Shown here: one piece after another, positions 1 through 13,219 of the stretch
How positions within the stretch are numbered: the first letter of the stretch is position 1
How the letters are laid out: each line of letters starts with the position of its first letter
Assembly: GCA_951406725.2 (NCBI GenBank)
Contig: OX597821.1
Location: 7,502,001 to 7,566,000 of the forward strand
Length of the DNA stretch: 64,000 nt
From: Octopus vulgaris
Taxonomy: Eukaryota
Reading direction: 5' to 3'
Program-made: the position numbers and the translations under genes
Notes under the pieces: model-generated
Told to the model about the DNA's origin: nothing
Seen by the model: the letters and a program-made list of their open reading frames with translations, nothing else
Database searches by the model: none

Positions 1-283
1 ACTGAGAGCCTCTACATTGCTTCTTGACCAGTTAGAAATATCAGCTGAAATCTCCTTCAGATCACACAGGATAGTGCAGATTTGAGCTCCCTGCACATGG
101 GAGAAAGATGATCATAGTTGAAACATTTTTTATCATAGGTCTACTCTACTCAGTCGTGGATGACCAAGGGCTAAACAGCAACCCACAAACTTGTCTACTG
201 GTTTTATTGGATTTACTAAAAATTTCTAATTCAAGAGAAGCCCAAAGGTCAAATAGACTTTGGTGTACTGGCTGAGAATTTAA

Positions 284-548
284 CCCTTTGGTAGCCACTT
301 GTCTAATGGAATATATTGTTTACTTGTTTCAATTATCTTCTAGAAAATAATTAACAGTTTTAATGGATTTAGTGAAATAATTAACTTTTTCATTATTAAA
401 TCTGGTGTTTGTAGCGTAATTTTATAAAAGTTTGTTTCATAAAATTAAGGATGGAAGCTTTTAATTTAAAACATGATCACTTTAAAATAGACAGTTTGAT
501 GTTTTAAGAAATGGGAGTGGGTGGAGCTGGGTTTGTATTAATTGTGGG
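284..548. mobile_element. Degraded piggyBac-type MITE
   Basis: TTAA-CCC...GGG-TTAA termini. The AT-rich body resembles the 34048-34263 element in reverse orientation. Confidence 0.5.
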
Positions 549-855
549 TTAATCATAATTTATGCTACATTCTTAGACGAGTGTTGATGACGATGATGAT
601 AGTGGTGATCATGGGGTATTTTCTAAAGTGAGGTAGTAGTGGTTGTAGCTATTATTGTAGGTCTATCAAAAGCTGGTTTTGACTTACACCTTCCTAGTTT
701 AGCCAAGCAGAATGAGTGAGGTTGCATTCCAGATTTATATTTTGTTGAGGGGGTCTCTGGCACCTATAGCCCCAAGCCACCCAGAGCTTTGTTAGAGGAT
801 TTACTAAATGGAGACTGAAAGAAGCCTGTCACATATATGTAGGTAGGCAGGTAGG

Positions 856-1870
856 TGTGAGGGCACATGGCATAGTGGCTAAGTGTTGCACTCGTGATTG
901 TGAGTTTGTGGTTTCAATTCATGGACCCGGTGGTGTATTGTTTTCTTGAGCGAAACACTTCATCTCACCTTTACTCTGCAACCACTTTGCCACCTGACTT
1001 TTGGTACACTGTGCACCTGTTCCTGTGCTGCCAATTTGAGAGAGAGAGAGAGAGCTAAGGTACAGCACAAGCCTTTGATCACTATAAGCAAATCCTTTGT
1101 GCAGGTTGTTGAGCCAGAAATTGCTAGGCCAGCTTTCATAGACTATGTGAGACCACCATCATTCCTCTATGGAGAGAATGGGATCTTTACCTTTTGACCT
1201 ACAGATTTTAAAAATAATTTTTTGTAACTAAACACTTTCAAACTTCGGACACTGGTAGAATGTGTCATATAAAACATATTTTATTCCTAGCATTTTTGAG
1301 AAAAACTTATATTTATGAAGATATTTCACCTTAAAGTTCTCATATTTCGGTAATTTCAACCAATCAATGACATGTATTCAGCTGAATAAAATTACTGCTT
1401 TTGTTTGTCAACAAGAACTTCCGGCGGTGTATATTTCGTTTGTCACTGTTATTTATGACAGCCCTAACCCTAAAACCTTAAAGCTAAAACCAGTACAAAC
1501 GCACAAACGATGTCATAAATAAGTGACAAACAAAAAACACCACCAATAGTTGTTGTTGACAAACAATGGCAGTAATTTTATTCAGCTGAATACATGTCAT
1601 TGATTGGTTGAAATGACCGAAATAGGACAACTCTAACGTGAAATATCTTCGTAAATATAAGTTTTTCTCAAAAATGCTAAGAGTAAAAGATGTTTTATAT
1701 GACACATTCTACCAGTGTCCGAAGTTTTAAAGTGTTTAGTTGCAATAAATTATTTTTAAAATCTGTAGGTCAAAAGGTCAAGATCCAGAGAATGTGCAAG
1801 GGGAAGAACTGTGCAGAGTGGTTAGCAAGAAGCTTGTCAGGCAGGGAGTTGACACGAGGGCAGAATCATG
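856..1870 (+). mobile_element. Old tRNA-derived SINE split by the 1181-1786 fold-back element
   Basis: Head has an A-box-like tggcatagtgg and a B-box-like gtttcaattc. The body resumes after the 8-bp TSD. Confidence 0.5.
1181..1786. mobile_element. Non-autonomous fold-back DNA transposon (about 280-bp TIRs, 8-bp TSD)
   Basis: Termini ggatct...agatcc. Arms of about 280 bp are reverse complements around a short spacer containing ccctaaccctaa. TSD agagaatg at 1173-1180 and 1787-1794. Confidence 0.88.
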
Positions 1871-4800
1871 TCTGTTTGTGAATCCGTGTGTGTGTGTACA
1901 TATGTGTATGTGTCTTTGTGTGCATGCATTAGTGTTTGTTCTATGTAGCCATGATATGCAACTAGTTAATTCATGGTAAGAGAAGTCATCGTAAAAACAA
2001 TAATAGAAAAGTAAAAGAGAGATCAGGAGAGGATGCTTGTCGGGTCAGAGTTTGTAGTGTTTCCTGGAATGGTTCACCATTTACAGAAAGCTGATAGAAG
2101 CAGTACAAATAATTGTCGACCCAGATTTGTGTGAACAGCATCTTCAAGTCAATCAGAATTCCTCTCATGCGTTTGTCCATATAAAACCGAAAATAAACAG
2201 ATGAAAATACAATAAACATTGGTAATTGTGTACTTGATGGATTGTCATATTCAATATTGAGTGATGCGGAATATACCATTGTCAGCTTTCCGAGCAGAGG
2301 GACTTACAGTCTCGCTGTGGATTAGTATTAGGATTGAAGATATAAAGTTCTATAATCAATAATCCTACCGAAATAGTGATCAATAAATGTAGCTCTATTC
2401 TTTGTACACTGCTTGATGTCCATTTTTTGCTGAAGCCATGAAACTCACTGCCAAAGTATTGTTTACAGAATTAGAAAATATCTACTTTCCAAGCTGACTT
2501 GGCAAAGTTATGATATTCTACAAGAATAAAAAAGGCCTTTTTTTTTATAAGTGTTTATTTCTGTTACTGAAGTATATTGCTATGGCTGTGTGGATAAGTA
2601 ACTTGTTTCTCAACCATATGGTTCTCAGGCTGACCAAAACGTTGTGAGGGGATGTGGTAGACAGAATCTGAAAGAAGGCTGTTATGTATACAGCACTCTC
2701 TGCGAGGTGGTTGGTGTTAGGAAGGGCAGCCAACCATAAAAAACCATGCCAAAACAGACAGTGAAGCCAGCTTCTGTCAAACCATCCAACCAATGCAAGT
2801 ATAGAAAATGGACATTTTGGCTTATGGTCACAAGGTCATGAGTTCAATTGCCAGCGGTGCATTGTATCCTTCAGAGCATGACAGTTTATTTCACATTTCT
2901 CCAGTGCACTCTGCTGGAAAAAATGAGTACTACCTGTATTTCAAAGGGCCAACCTGGTCAAACTCTATGTCACACTGAATCTCCTTGAGAACTACGTTAA
3001 GGGTACATGTGCCTGTGGAGTGCTCAACCACATGTTAATTTCACAAGCAGGCTGTTCCATTGATCGGATCAACTGGAACCCTTGTCATAACTGACTACTA
3101 GAAACAGCTGTAAGCCAAATTTACTCCAATAAAGGAAAAATGTGTAATGGCCATCATTTATACTTTGTCTACTATAAATATTCATGTGTGTTTCTATGTT
3201 GATCAAGACATCACATGAAGGTTGTGAATATGCATCACCATCATACAAGCAATATTGTTCATTTCTTCCATAGAAAACCTGTCTTGCTCTGGGGAAATAT
3301 TATCTTGCTTGGAAACAGGAGAGGGTTGCCAACAGGGATGCAAATTCTGTCTGACCCATGCAAGCACGGAAAAGTGACCACTAAATGATGATGATTCTTT
3401 GATATGTTGCTAAATAACCTGTACATTTACTGGTGTAACATGACCAAAGGATTAAGAATTTTGGCTCTGTGACTGATCCCCAGTTGAGGAGCCGTGTCTC
3501 GTGAGTTTCAAGGCAACCCAACTTCTGTTGGTGCCACGAAAAAGTACCCAATACACTCTGTCAAATGGTTGTCATTAAGAAGGGTGTCCAACCTTAAAAA
3601 CCATGCCAAAGCAGATACCGGTGCTCAGTGTGGTCCTCCAGTTTCCCAATTCCTGTTTCTCAATTCTCCCACTCTTGCCAGCAGAGAGAATGGATGTTAA
3701 ACGGTGACAATCATCTTCATGGTCTTATCTTTTCTCATATATAAAGATATGATCATGATTGACTGAGTTTATGTTTTATGATATATTATTATGACTGATT
3801 GTATGTTATATGGTATATTATTATGACTGATCTTATGCTTTATGATATACTATTGTGACTGATTCTTATCTGTTGTAATCATAAGCTATAGTATATTACT
3901 GTGACTGATCTTATCTTTTGTTGTATATATTAATGAAACTTCTGTATTACTGAGATTGATTTTATCTTTTGTGATGTAAGCTATAGCATGTTACTATGCC
4001 TAATCCTGTCCTTTATGATGTAAGCTACCCACCACCACTACTACTACTACTACTACTATCATATTGCTTCCTATCCTCTTCTCTCCAACCTCTTTCTCTC
4101 ACTCACACTACTCTTCACTCACATCATCTCAGTTTCTCTCCACTTTTCATTTCACATTCTCAGTATGTTGATGTCCTCGCTTCCTCTCTCTCTTCATCTG
4201 TGGAGTTGTCTCTACTTTATTTTTCACTCTTCTTCCTTCTAACTCTTTGCCTTTGTTTTCTGAAGCCCTTTCTTGTATCTCCTTATCTCTCTCTCTCTCT
4301 CTCTCTCCATCATCCAAACTCTTCCTTTCACTCCTACTCATTTTCCATCTCTCCCCTTCTCTCTCTATTCATTCTCTTCCACTCTCCCTCGCCTCTGTTC
4401 CCTGCCTCCTTCTCCCTCCCCTCTCACTCTCTCTCCTCTCTCTCTTCCCCTTCCTGCTTTCCCTCAGTCTCTCCCCAATTCTCTCCTTATCCTCTCCTCA
4501 TCCCTCCTGTTTCCCTTCCACTGTCCCCTTCTCTTTCATCTGACTCTTGTGTGTAAAATAGCTATGTGTATATATATATATATATATATATGTACACACA
4601 CACGCACACACACATATATATTGTGTTAATTAGATCATTAGTGAACTATCTCTAAATAACACCCATTCTCAATAATCTTTAGGCAATATCTCACAGAGAC
4701 TGCATCATCTCATCATATCACTCATCCCCATCTTATTAATCCTCTCTTTCAGTAATTAAAATATCCCTACCTATATAAATAATATCCCTATATATCACCA

Positions 4801-5577
4801 ACACCAATTTCATTACCATAATATTTCGGGGGTAATTATTATGTCCTGAAGTAGGATATAGTGGTGGGGAGGGTGGGACCAAAAAAAGTCACCACTTGTG
4901 GGGTTTTTTTTTTTTTTTTTTTTGCTTGTTGAAATAAAAATTGTGTGACTATGTACCATTGCATGTACGCATACACACACACACACACACGTGCACAGTG
5001 GTTGAATTTCATCGAATGAATGTAAGAGGAATGATCAATGCATACAATAGAGTATACGGGTTATGGAAACTGAATGCCTTGCTAGCTGAGTTTTCATAAG
5101 CAATAATATATTATCTTCATCATCATAATCATCATCATCATCAAATGTCCACTTTTCATACAAATTTGTTGACCGGGATTATTTTACAGCTGGATGCTTT
5201 TCCACTAACCAACCAACCAACCAACCCTTGCCAGTTTCCAAGCTAGGTAATATTTTCCCTGTAACCAGACATTGTTTTTCAAAGAGACTGAAAAATGAAC
5301 AACCCCACTTGTATAATGGAGATGCTTATTTATGATCATCACATGATGTCATGACATGAGTACGTGCACACACACATACACATACATACACACCTGCAAG
5401 CACACACCCACTCAGGCACACAACAGATTTAATAGGAAGTATTAGTGGGAGTTACGTATATTATTTAAAACAGTTTTGATTTGGCTCCATGCAATTTAAA
5501 GTTTCAGAGACCTAACAAAATCCCATCTCTTTCAGGCTATTTTAAATAATATATATATATATATATGTATGTATATA

Positions 5578-6010
5578 TCTTTGTGTTTGTTCCCCCCAAC
5601 ATCGCTTGACAACAGATGCTGGTGTGTTTATGTCCCCATAACTTAGCGGTTCGGCAGAAGAGACCGATAGAATAAGTACTAGGCTTACAAAGAATAAGTC
5701 CTGGGGTCGATTTGCTCGACTAAAGGCAGTTCTCCAGCATGGCCACAGTCAAATGACTGAAACAAGTGAAAGAGTAAAGAGTATATGTGTGCGTGCATGC
5801 ATGCATGTGTGTGTGTATTTGTCCCCCACCACTGCTTGACAACCGGTGTTGGTGTGTTTGCATCCCCGTAACATAGTTTAGCAAAAGAGAACAAGTGTCA
5901 GGCTTAGAAAAGAAAATAAGGACTAGAGTTGAATAGTTCGACTAGAATTCTTCAAGGTATTGCTCCAGCATGACTGCAATCTACTGACTGGAACAAAAGA
6001 GATAAAAGAG
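5578..6010 (+). mobile_element. Two 3'-half copies of SINE family 1
   Basis: gcttgacaac...cggcaaaagagaccgatagaataagtact...gtcaaatgactgaaacaagt motif occurs twice. Confidence 0.75.
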
Positions 6011-6437
6011 AATACATGTATATGTGTGTGTGTGTATGTATTTGTTCAATTCATGGTACCTTGAGAATAAAGGATGTTAAATTTGCAATTGATATTGTTG
6101 TATGGATGGCCCCTTTATTTAGGATTTTGAAAGGAAAAAACATCAAAGGTGTAATATTGAACACATTCTTCATTATCTCAAAGCATTTTACACATTGGGG
6201 AAGCAATTCCAAAAGCTAGCCACCTTCTGTGTGTGAGGCTGTGATAGTTTTGTATTATTATAAAACTTAAACAGGTATAATTAACACTATTTGCAGCTTG
6301 GTAGCAATGTTGTGAAAGCAAAAAAAAATTGAAGTTCCCTTTTTTTTTTTCCATAAAGATAATCAATTCTGCCTCTGCTAGCCACTACACATTCCTTATT
6401 TTCTCTCCTTGTTTCTTTCTGTGTTCCTTTCTGCGTT

Positions 6438-6474
6438 CCTTTCTGTGGAAGAGCGTAGGCTTGAAACATTAAAG
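6438..6474 (+). ncRNA. Degenerate minimal type I hammerhead-like motif in a Penelope pLTR-like fragment
   Basis: cttt-CTGTGGA-a-gagc(gtag)gctt-GAAA-catt-aaag. Stems I and II are present, but the core deviates from CUGANGA. Confidence 0.35.
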
Positions 6475-7054
6475 ACTTTTTCACTTCCCAAGTGTTATAC
6501 TAATACATCTGTTTGTTGTCTACACCACCTGTCTTCGTCTTTTGTTTTTTGTGAATTCTCCATATATATATACAGTATATACATATATATATAGAGAGAG
6601 AGAGAGAGTGTGTGTAATGGTACAACAAGGCACCAATGTTTACTGGAAATAACAGTTGATACATTTACGATGCTATAGTAAAGCTTCATTGTATATATAC
6701 TGGCAAAGATATGTGAGGGCAGCGAATATAAAAAATTCTGTCTTACCTCTCGGAAGAACATTAGATAAATGGACAACCCAGAATCAGATAATCTAGTACC
6801 TGGGTTTCTGACTTTTCAAATATGTTTGCTATGGAAATTTGATTAGTCTTCTTCAGCTAGATTTACCTGGACAATATTTCTAATGTTGCTACATCAATGC
6901 CAGTATATATAAACACACACATACACAGACATACATATGTACATATATATATAAATACACATACCCACACATATACATGAATACATCCTCACTCTTGGGT
7001 GCATGTTTGTGTGTGTGTATACATACATACATACATACATATATATATATATAT

Positions 7055-7354
7055 TACTTTATTTCAGCCATTTGACTATGGCCATGCTGGAGCACCACTT
7101 TTAGTTGAGTAAATAAACCCCAGGACTTATTCTTTGTAAGCCTAGTACTTATTCTATCGGTTACTTTTGCCGAACCACTAAGTGACGGGGACATAAACAC
7201 ATCAGCATCAGTTGTCAAACACAAGCACACACTCACACACACACACACACAACGGCCTGAAGCTATAGTAGAAGACATTTGCCCAAGGTGCCACGCAGTG
7301 GGACTGAACCTGGAACCATGTGGTTGGGAAGCAAGCTACTTACCACACAGCCAC
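7055..7354 (-). mobile_element. SINE family 1 copy with an internal deletion
   Basis: Matches the reverse complement of 14449-14890. Confidence 0.8.
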
Positions 7355-7360
7355 CTACAT

Positions 7361-7410
<50 letters not shown>

Positions 7411-7781
7411 GACAGATTGCCTTAATACAAATTATATTTACTATGAATTTAACTGTTGAAAATGTATTTCCTGGCAGTGCCTCGTCTAATAACCAATTAA
7501 TATTCGCGCTGTTCACCCCCCCCCTCCCCACCAGTCACACTTTTGTTTTCTTCTTTATTATGCTGAATCCCCTCTATTTTAGGGGGTCATCAATTTTATT
7601 ACTATTTATCAAAATACTGCAATGGAAGGCCAATGCAGTTATCAAGGATATTGGATCAGCAGAATCGTTAGACTGGTGGGGAAAAAATTCTCATTGCATA
7701 GATTTATTGCACTGAGTTCAAATTCTAGTAAAGTCGGTTGTGCCATTTATCCTTTCCGGGTGTTTGATAAAATAAGAGCAT

Positions 7782-8140
7782 TCTTTTATTCTTTTACTTG
7801 TTTCAGTCATTTAACTCTAGCCATGGTGGAGCACCACCTTTAGTCATATAATTCAACCCCAGGATTTATTCTATCAATGTCTTTTGCCAAACCGCTAAAT
7901 TACAGGGACATAAACACACCAACACTGGTTGTCAAGTGATGGTAGGAGAACACACAGATACATACATATACATATATATACGACAGACTTCTTCAGTTTC
8001 CGTCTACCAAATCCACTCACAAGTCTTTGGTCGGCCCAAGGCTATAGTAGAAGACAATTACTCAAGGTGCCATGCAGTGGGACTGAACCCAGAACCATGT
8101 GGTTGGGAAGCAAGCTTCTTACTGCTCAGCTGCCCCTGCA
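7782..8140 (-). mobile_element. SINE family 1 copy
   Basis: Matches the reverse complement of 14449-14890. Confidence 0.8.
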
Positions 8141-9760
8141 ACTGTTAATAGTTTACAAATAATTACCTTTTTTTTTTTAGTTTTTCTTCAGCCTTTTCCT
8201 TTAGATATGATTTAGATGTTGCAAGGTAAAGACTTAGTGGAATTTCTTCTGCTTCTTTTATGTTCTGTGTTCAAATTCTGCTACTGCCAATGTTGAATCT
8301 GATCCCTTCTGGGTCAATAAATTTCAGCCCTTATGCTTTTAGTAGAAAAGGTTATCATTATTATTATTAAGGTGGCAAGCTGGCAGAATCACTAGCATAC
8401 TGGATAAAATGCTTAGCAGTATTTCGCCTGCCGCTGCATTCTGAGTTCAAATTCTGCTGGAGTCAACTTTGCCTTTCATCCTTCAATGGTCAATAAATTG
8501 AATACCAGTGAAACACTGCGGTCAGTGTAATCGACTAGTCCCCTTCCCACCAAATTTCAGGCCATGTACCTATAGTAGAAAGGATTATTATTCGATGCGG
8601 TACTGGCTACGGCCATCCGAACATGGCCGTAGCCAGTACTGCATCGACTGGCCTCCGTGCTGTGGGCACGTAACAAACACCATCCGATCGTGGCCGTTCG
8701 CCAACCTCGTCTGGCACCTGTGTCCATGGCACATAAAAAACACTCTCCGAGCATAGCTGTTCAGCAGCCTCGTCTGGCACCTGTGTCGGTGGCACATAAA
8801 AAACACCATCCGATTGTGGCCGTTCGCCAACCTCGTCTGGCACCTGTGTCCATGGCACATAAAAAACACCATCCGAGCGTGGCCGTTCAGCAGCCTCGTC
8901 TGGCAGTAGAAGACAATTACTCAAGGTGCCATGCAGTGGGACTGAACCCAGAACCATGTGGCTGGGAAGCAAGCTTCTTACTGCTCAGCTGCCCCTGCAA
9001 CTGTTAATAGTTTACAAATAATTACCTTTTTTCTTTTAGTTTTTCTTCAGCCTTTTCCTTTAGATATGATTTAGATGTTGCAAGGTAAAGACTTAGTGGA
9101 ATTTCTTCTGCTTCTTTATGTTCTGTGTTCAAATTCTGCTACTGCCAATGTTGAATCTGGTCCCTTCTGGGTCAATAAATATCAGCCCTTATGCTTTTAG
9201 TAGAAAAGGTTATCATTATTATTATTAAGGTGGCAAGCTGGCAGAATCACTAGCATACTGGATAAAATGCTTAGCAGTATTTCGCCTGCCGCTGCATTCT
9301 GAGTTCAAATTCTGCTGGAGTCAACTTTGCCTTTCATCCTTCAATGGTCAATAAATTGAATACCATGAAACACTGCGGTCAGTGTAATCAACTAGTCCCC
9401 TTCCCACCAAATTTCAGGCCATGTACCTATAGTAGAAAGGATTATTATTCGATGCGGTACTGGCTACGGCCATCCGAACATGGCCGTAGCCAGTACCGCA
9501 TCGACTGGCCTCCGTGCTGTGGGCACGTAACAAACACCATCCGATCGTGGCCGTTCGCCAACCTCGTCTGGCACCTGTGTCCATGGCACATAAAAAACAC
9601 TCTCCGAGCATAGCCGTTCAGCAGCCTCGTCTGGCACCTGTGTCGGTGGCACATAAAAAAACACCATCCGATCGTGGCCGTTCGCCAACCTCGTCTGGCA
9701 CCTGTGTCCATGGCACATAAAAAACACTCTCCGAGCATAGCCGTTCAGCAGCCTCGTCTG
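8046..9760. repeat. Recent tandem duplication of about 858 bp (8046-8904 / 8905-~9760)
   Basis: agtagaagacaattactcaagg... begins at both 8046 and 8905. The copies are near-identical through a SINE, a hairpin and the start of the 63-bp array. Confidence 0.92.
8370..8590 (+). mobile_element. SINE family 2 copy (duplicated at 9228-9448)
   Basis: Head aaggtggcaagctggcagaatc, B-box gagttcaaattc, (ATT)n tail. Confidence 0.8.
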
Positions 9761-10701
9761 GCACCTGTGTCGGTGGCACATATAAAACACCATCCGATCG
9801 TGGCCGTTCGCCAACCTCGTCTGGCACCTGTGTCCATGGCACATAAAAAACACTCTCCGAGCATAGCCGTTCAGCAGCCTCGTCTGGCACCTGTGTCGGT
9901 GGCACATAAAAAACACCATCCGAGCGTGGCCGTTCGCCAACCTTGTCTGGCACCTGTGTCCATGGCACATAAAAAACACTCTCCGAGCATAGCCGTTCAG
10001 CAGCCTCGTCTGGCACCTGTGTCGGTGGCACATATAAAACACCATCCGATCGTGGCCGTTCGCCAACCTCGTCTGGCACCTGTGTCCATGGCACATAAAA
10101 AACACTCTCCGAGCATAGCCGTTCAGCAGCCTCGTCTGGCACCTGTGTCGGTGGCACATATAAAACACCATCCGATCGTGGCCATTCGCCAACCTCGTCT
10201 GGCACCTGTGTCCATGGCACATAAAAAACACTCTCCGAGCATAGCCGTTCAGCAGTCTCGTCTGGCACCTGTGTCGGTGGCACATATAAAACACCATCCG
10301 ATCGTGGCCGTTCGCCAACCTCGTCTGGCACCTGTGACAATGGCACATAAAAAACACTCTCCGAGCATAGCCGTTCAGCAGCCTCGTCTGGCACCTGTGT
10401 CGGTGGCACATAAAAAACACCATCCGATCATGGCCGTTCGCCAACCTCGTCTGGCACCTGTGTCCATGGCACATAAAAAACAGCATCCGAGCGTGGCCGT
10501 TCAGCAGCCTCGTCTGGCACCTGTGTCGGTGGCACATAAAAAGCACCCATTACACTCACGGAGTGGTTGGCGTTAGGAAGGGCATCCAGCTGTAGAAACA
10601 CCGCCAGATCTGACTGGCCTGGTGCAGCCTTCGGGCTTCCCAGACCCCAGTTGAACCGTCCGACCCATGCTAGCATGGAAAGCGGACGTTAAACGATGAT
10701 G

Positions 10702-10703
<2 letters not shown>
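9449..10703 (+). mobile_element. 5'-truncated RTE-type 3' UTR/tail insertion with an expanded 63-bp repeat array
   Basis: Ends in the shared tail gtggttggcgttaggaagggcatccagc...gcggacgttaaac(GAT)n. The same tail follows an RTE-like ORF end at 38197-38833. Confidence 0.8.
9534..10545. repeat. Minisatellite of 16 x 63-bp units arranged as a 126-bp A-B higher-order repeat
   Basis: A units (acaccatccg) start at 9534, 9661, 9787, 9913, 10039, 10165, 10291 and 10417. They alternate with B units (cactctccgagcatagcc), and a hybrid unit ends the array. Confidence 0.93.
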
Positions 10704-10750
<47 letters not shown>

Positions 10751-11874
10751 TTTTACTTTTAGTTGTGGAAGGAAGCAGTAGGTAGTTAGCTAACCAACTA
10801 ACTACAGCTTTTCACTCTTGCGTTGGATTCTGAAACAGTATAGCTAAACCATTGCAGTAATGAATAAATTGGAATCCAATTGAGTCTCGTCAGTGTTCCC
10901 CACCCCCCACTTGACACGGTGTCAAATAGAAATTAATTCATGCACCCCTTCGTTCTCATCATTTTTCTACTTTTATTTTTTTTGTTTGTTTTTTTTCTTT
11001 CTTTCCTTCCTTCTTTTAACCATTCAACGTAAGAAGCTCCCCCTCTCTCTCTCTCTCTCTCCACCTCTTTGATCTCTCTCTCTCTCTCTCACACACAGAA
11101 CAGAAACAGAGGGTGAGATTGAGAAGTTTCTTACATCTCTCTTCTAATTTCCTTACACTCGGTTTCAACTCTACCTCCTGTTGAAGTCTTTGAACTCGCC
11201 AGTTTTAATATGCCAAAATTCTTTACTGAGCTCCATCGACCCCCCACCACCACCACCACATACCCCCCACCTTCCTCCCCCCCTTTACAATTCTGACTTT
11301 GAATTGGAAACCTCTTAACTAAATCTGATGTAGGTCGATTTTTTTTGCTTTTCATCCTTCAAGTAGTAGTTGTGGTGGTGGTGGTGGTGGTGGTGGTGGT
11401 GGTGGTGGTGGTGGCAGCAGTGCAGGGATGTCGTACAGACACAGGGATCAATATATCTGGCTTTCCGCCCCCTACAAAAGCAATGCAAAATCCTTGCATC
11501 TAAATTAGAAATCAATATGATAAACTTGTCTCTTCCGTCCCACATTATTTAATAGTCTGACTCGTTTGTGATTTATTTATCTATTTATTTGTTTGTTTGT
11601 TTGGTCGTTTATTTGTTTGTTGTTCTGCTATGTAGAAATCTTAGAGTAGCATTTCCAACAGGTTTTTCCCTACAACTCTAGGATTCCACAAAAAATTTTT
11701 AAAAATAGTGATTGGCTTTTATGTGCCACTTGTTACTGGTTTGATTTGTATTGCCCCGTGGTGGGCAGTGCATGACCGATATTCTCCTCTATCAGTATTG
11801 TCAACACCATAAATCTTTGATATACATGTATATGTGTGTGACATAAAATATGGGTGTAATATAAATAACATTTC

Positions 11875-12527
11875 ATCATCATCATCATCGTTTAACGTCT
11901 GCTTTCCATGCTAGCATGGGTTGGACGATTTGACTGAGTTCTGGTGAACCAGATGGCTGCACCAGGCTCCAATCTTGATCTGGCAAAGTTTCTATAGCTG
12001 GATGCCCTTCCTAACGCCAACCACTCCGAGAGTGTAGTGGGTGCTTGTTATGTGCCACCAGCACGGAGCCAGTCAGGCGGTACTGGCAACGACCTCGCTT
12101 AGATCTTTTTACATATGTCACCGGCCCAGGTACTAGTAAGGTGATGCTGGTAACGATCACGCTCAAATGATGCCTTGTACGTGCCACCGGCACGGAAGCC
12201 ATTCTGGCAACGATCACGCTTGGATGTTACTCTTAGCACCCTACTAGCACAGGGCTCAAGTGCCAGTAAGGTGACGCTGGTAACGATCACACTCAAATGG
12301 TGCCTTTTATGTGCCACTGGCACAGAAGCCAGTTAACCGTTCTGTCAACGATCACACTTGTATGGTTCTCTTTGCACCCCGCTAGCCAGTCGGATGCCAG
12401 TCATCGAATTTGATTTTGATTTGATTTTACTTGCCTCAACAGGTCTTCGCAAGCAGAGTTTTAGTGTCCAAAGAAGGAAAAGGTATGCATAAGTGGGCTG
12501 GTTACGCCCCTGGCATAAGCCACGAGG
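11875..12527 (-). mobile_element. RTE-type LINE 3' UTR with internal repeats and (GAT)n tail
   Basis: Reverse complement is collinear with 38270-38833. Confidence 0.8.
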
Positions 12528-13172
12528 TTTGTTTTATATATATATATATATTGCATATATTTATAACACTACATAAACACACATGTATATCGTTTACTTC
12601 TTCCCGTCATTGGACTGTAGCCATGCTGCCTTAAAGGGTTTAGTCAAACAAATCTCGTCAATCTTAAAGCAGAGAACTTCTCTGAAATTATTTCACATTC
12701 CCTCAAAGTTAATAAATATTTATGATATATGTGTGTATGTATATCCCCCTTTTCTTTCCCCATTCTGTATCTATGTGTGTGTATATGTTGTGTCTTTAAC
12801 CATAATGCCATCAAGGCTCAAATGAACTAAGGAACATATATATATATATTTATTTTTTTTTTTTTTTTTGTACATATGCATTCATTTGTATGTGTACATC
12901 TAACACTCATAGAGCTTCCTCTCCTAAAACTGCCTGGATGTCTTTACTGAAAAAGTAAGAAATATATTCTGTTTTCCAAATCATTTCTTTATTCAAAAAG
13001 CAAAGAATCTTGTAACTTTTATAGACCATTTCTCTGTTGTCTCTGATTGCCTTGGGAGTTATTAAAAATCTGTGAATTCTATAGAAATGTGGTGCATCTC
13101 TGGGAAGAAGAAAAGTAGTTAAATTTGTATAGGATGAGGGATATTTTTGTGACACCACTTATGATGATGAGG

Positions 13173-13219
<47 letters not shown>

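Noticed and set aside
3996-4629. Ser/Leu/Pro-rich ORFs
   Set aside because: Low-complexity CT-rich DNA.
9534-10545. CRISPR-like repeat/spacer array
   Set aside because: The intervening sequences are not unique (they alternate A/B), there are no cas genes, the context is eukaryotic and the array is continuous with an RTE tail.
9464-10576. 360-, 300- and 263-aa repetitive ORFs
   Set aside because: They are products of a 126-bp period divisible by three. They are open on both strands, lie inside a retroelement UTR and show no domain signal.
10760-11600. Possible alternative first exon or promoter of the GRK gene
   Set aside because: The sequence looks unique but has only a 26-codon ATG ORF, no good donor site and no GRK similarity.
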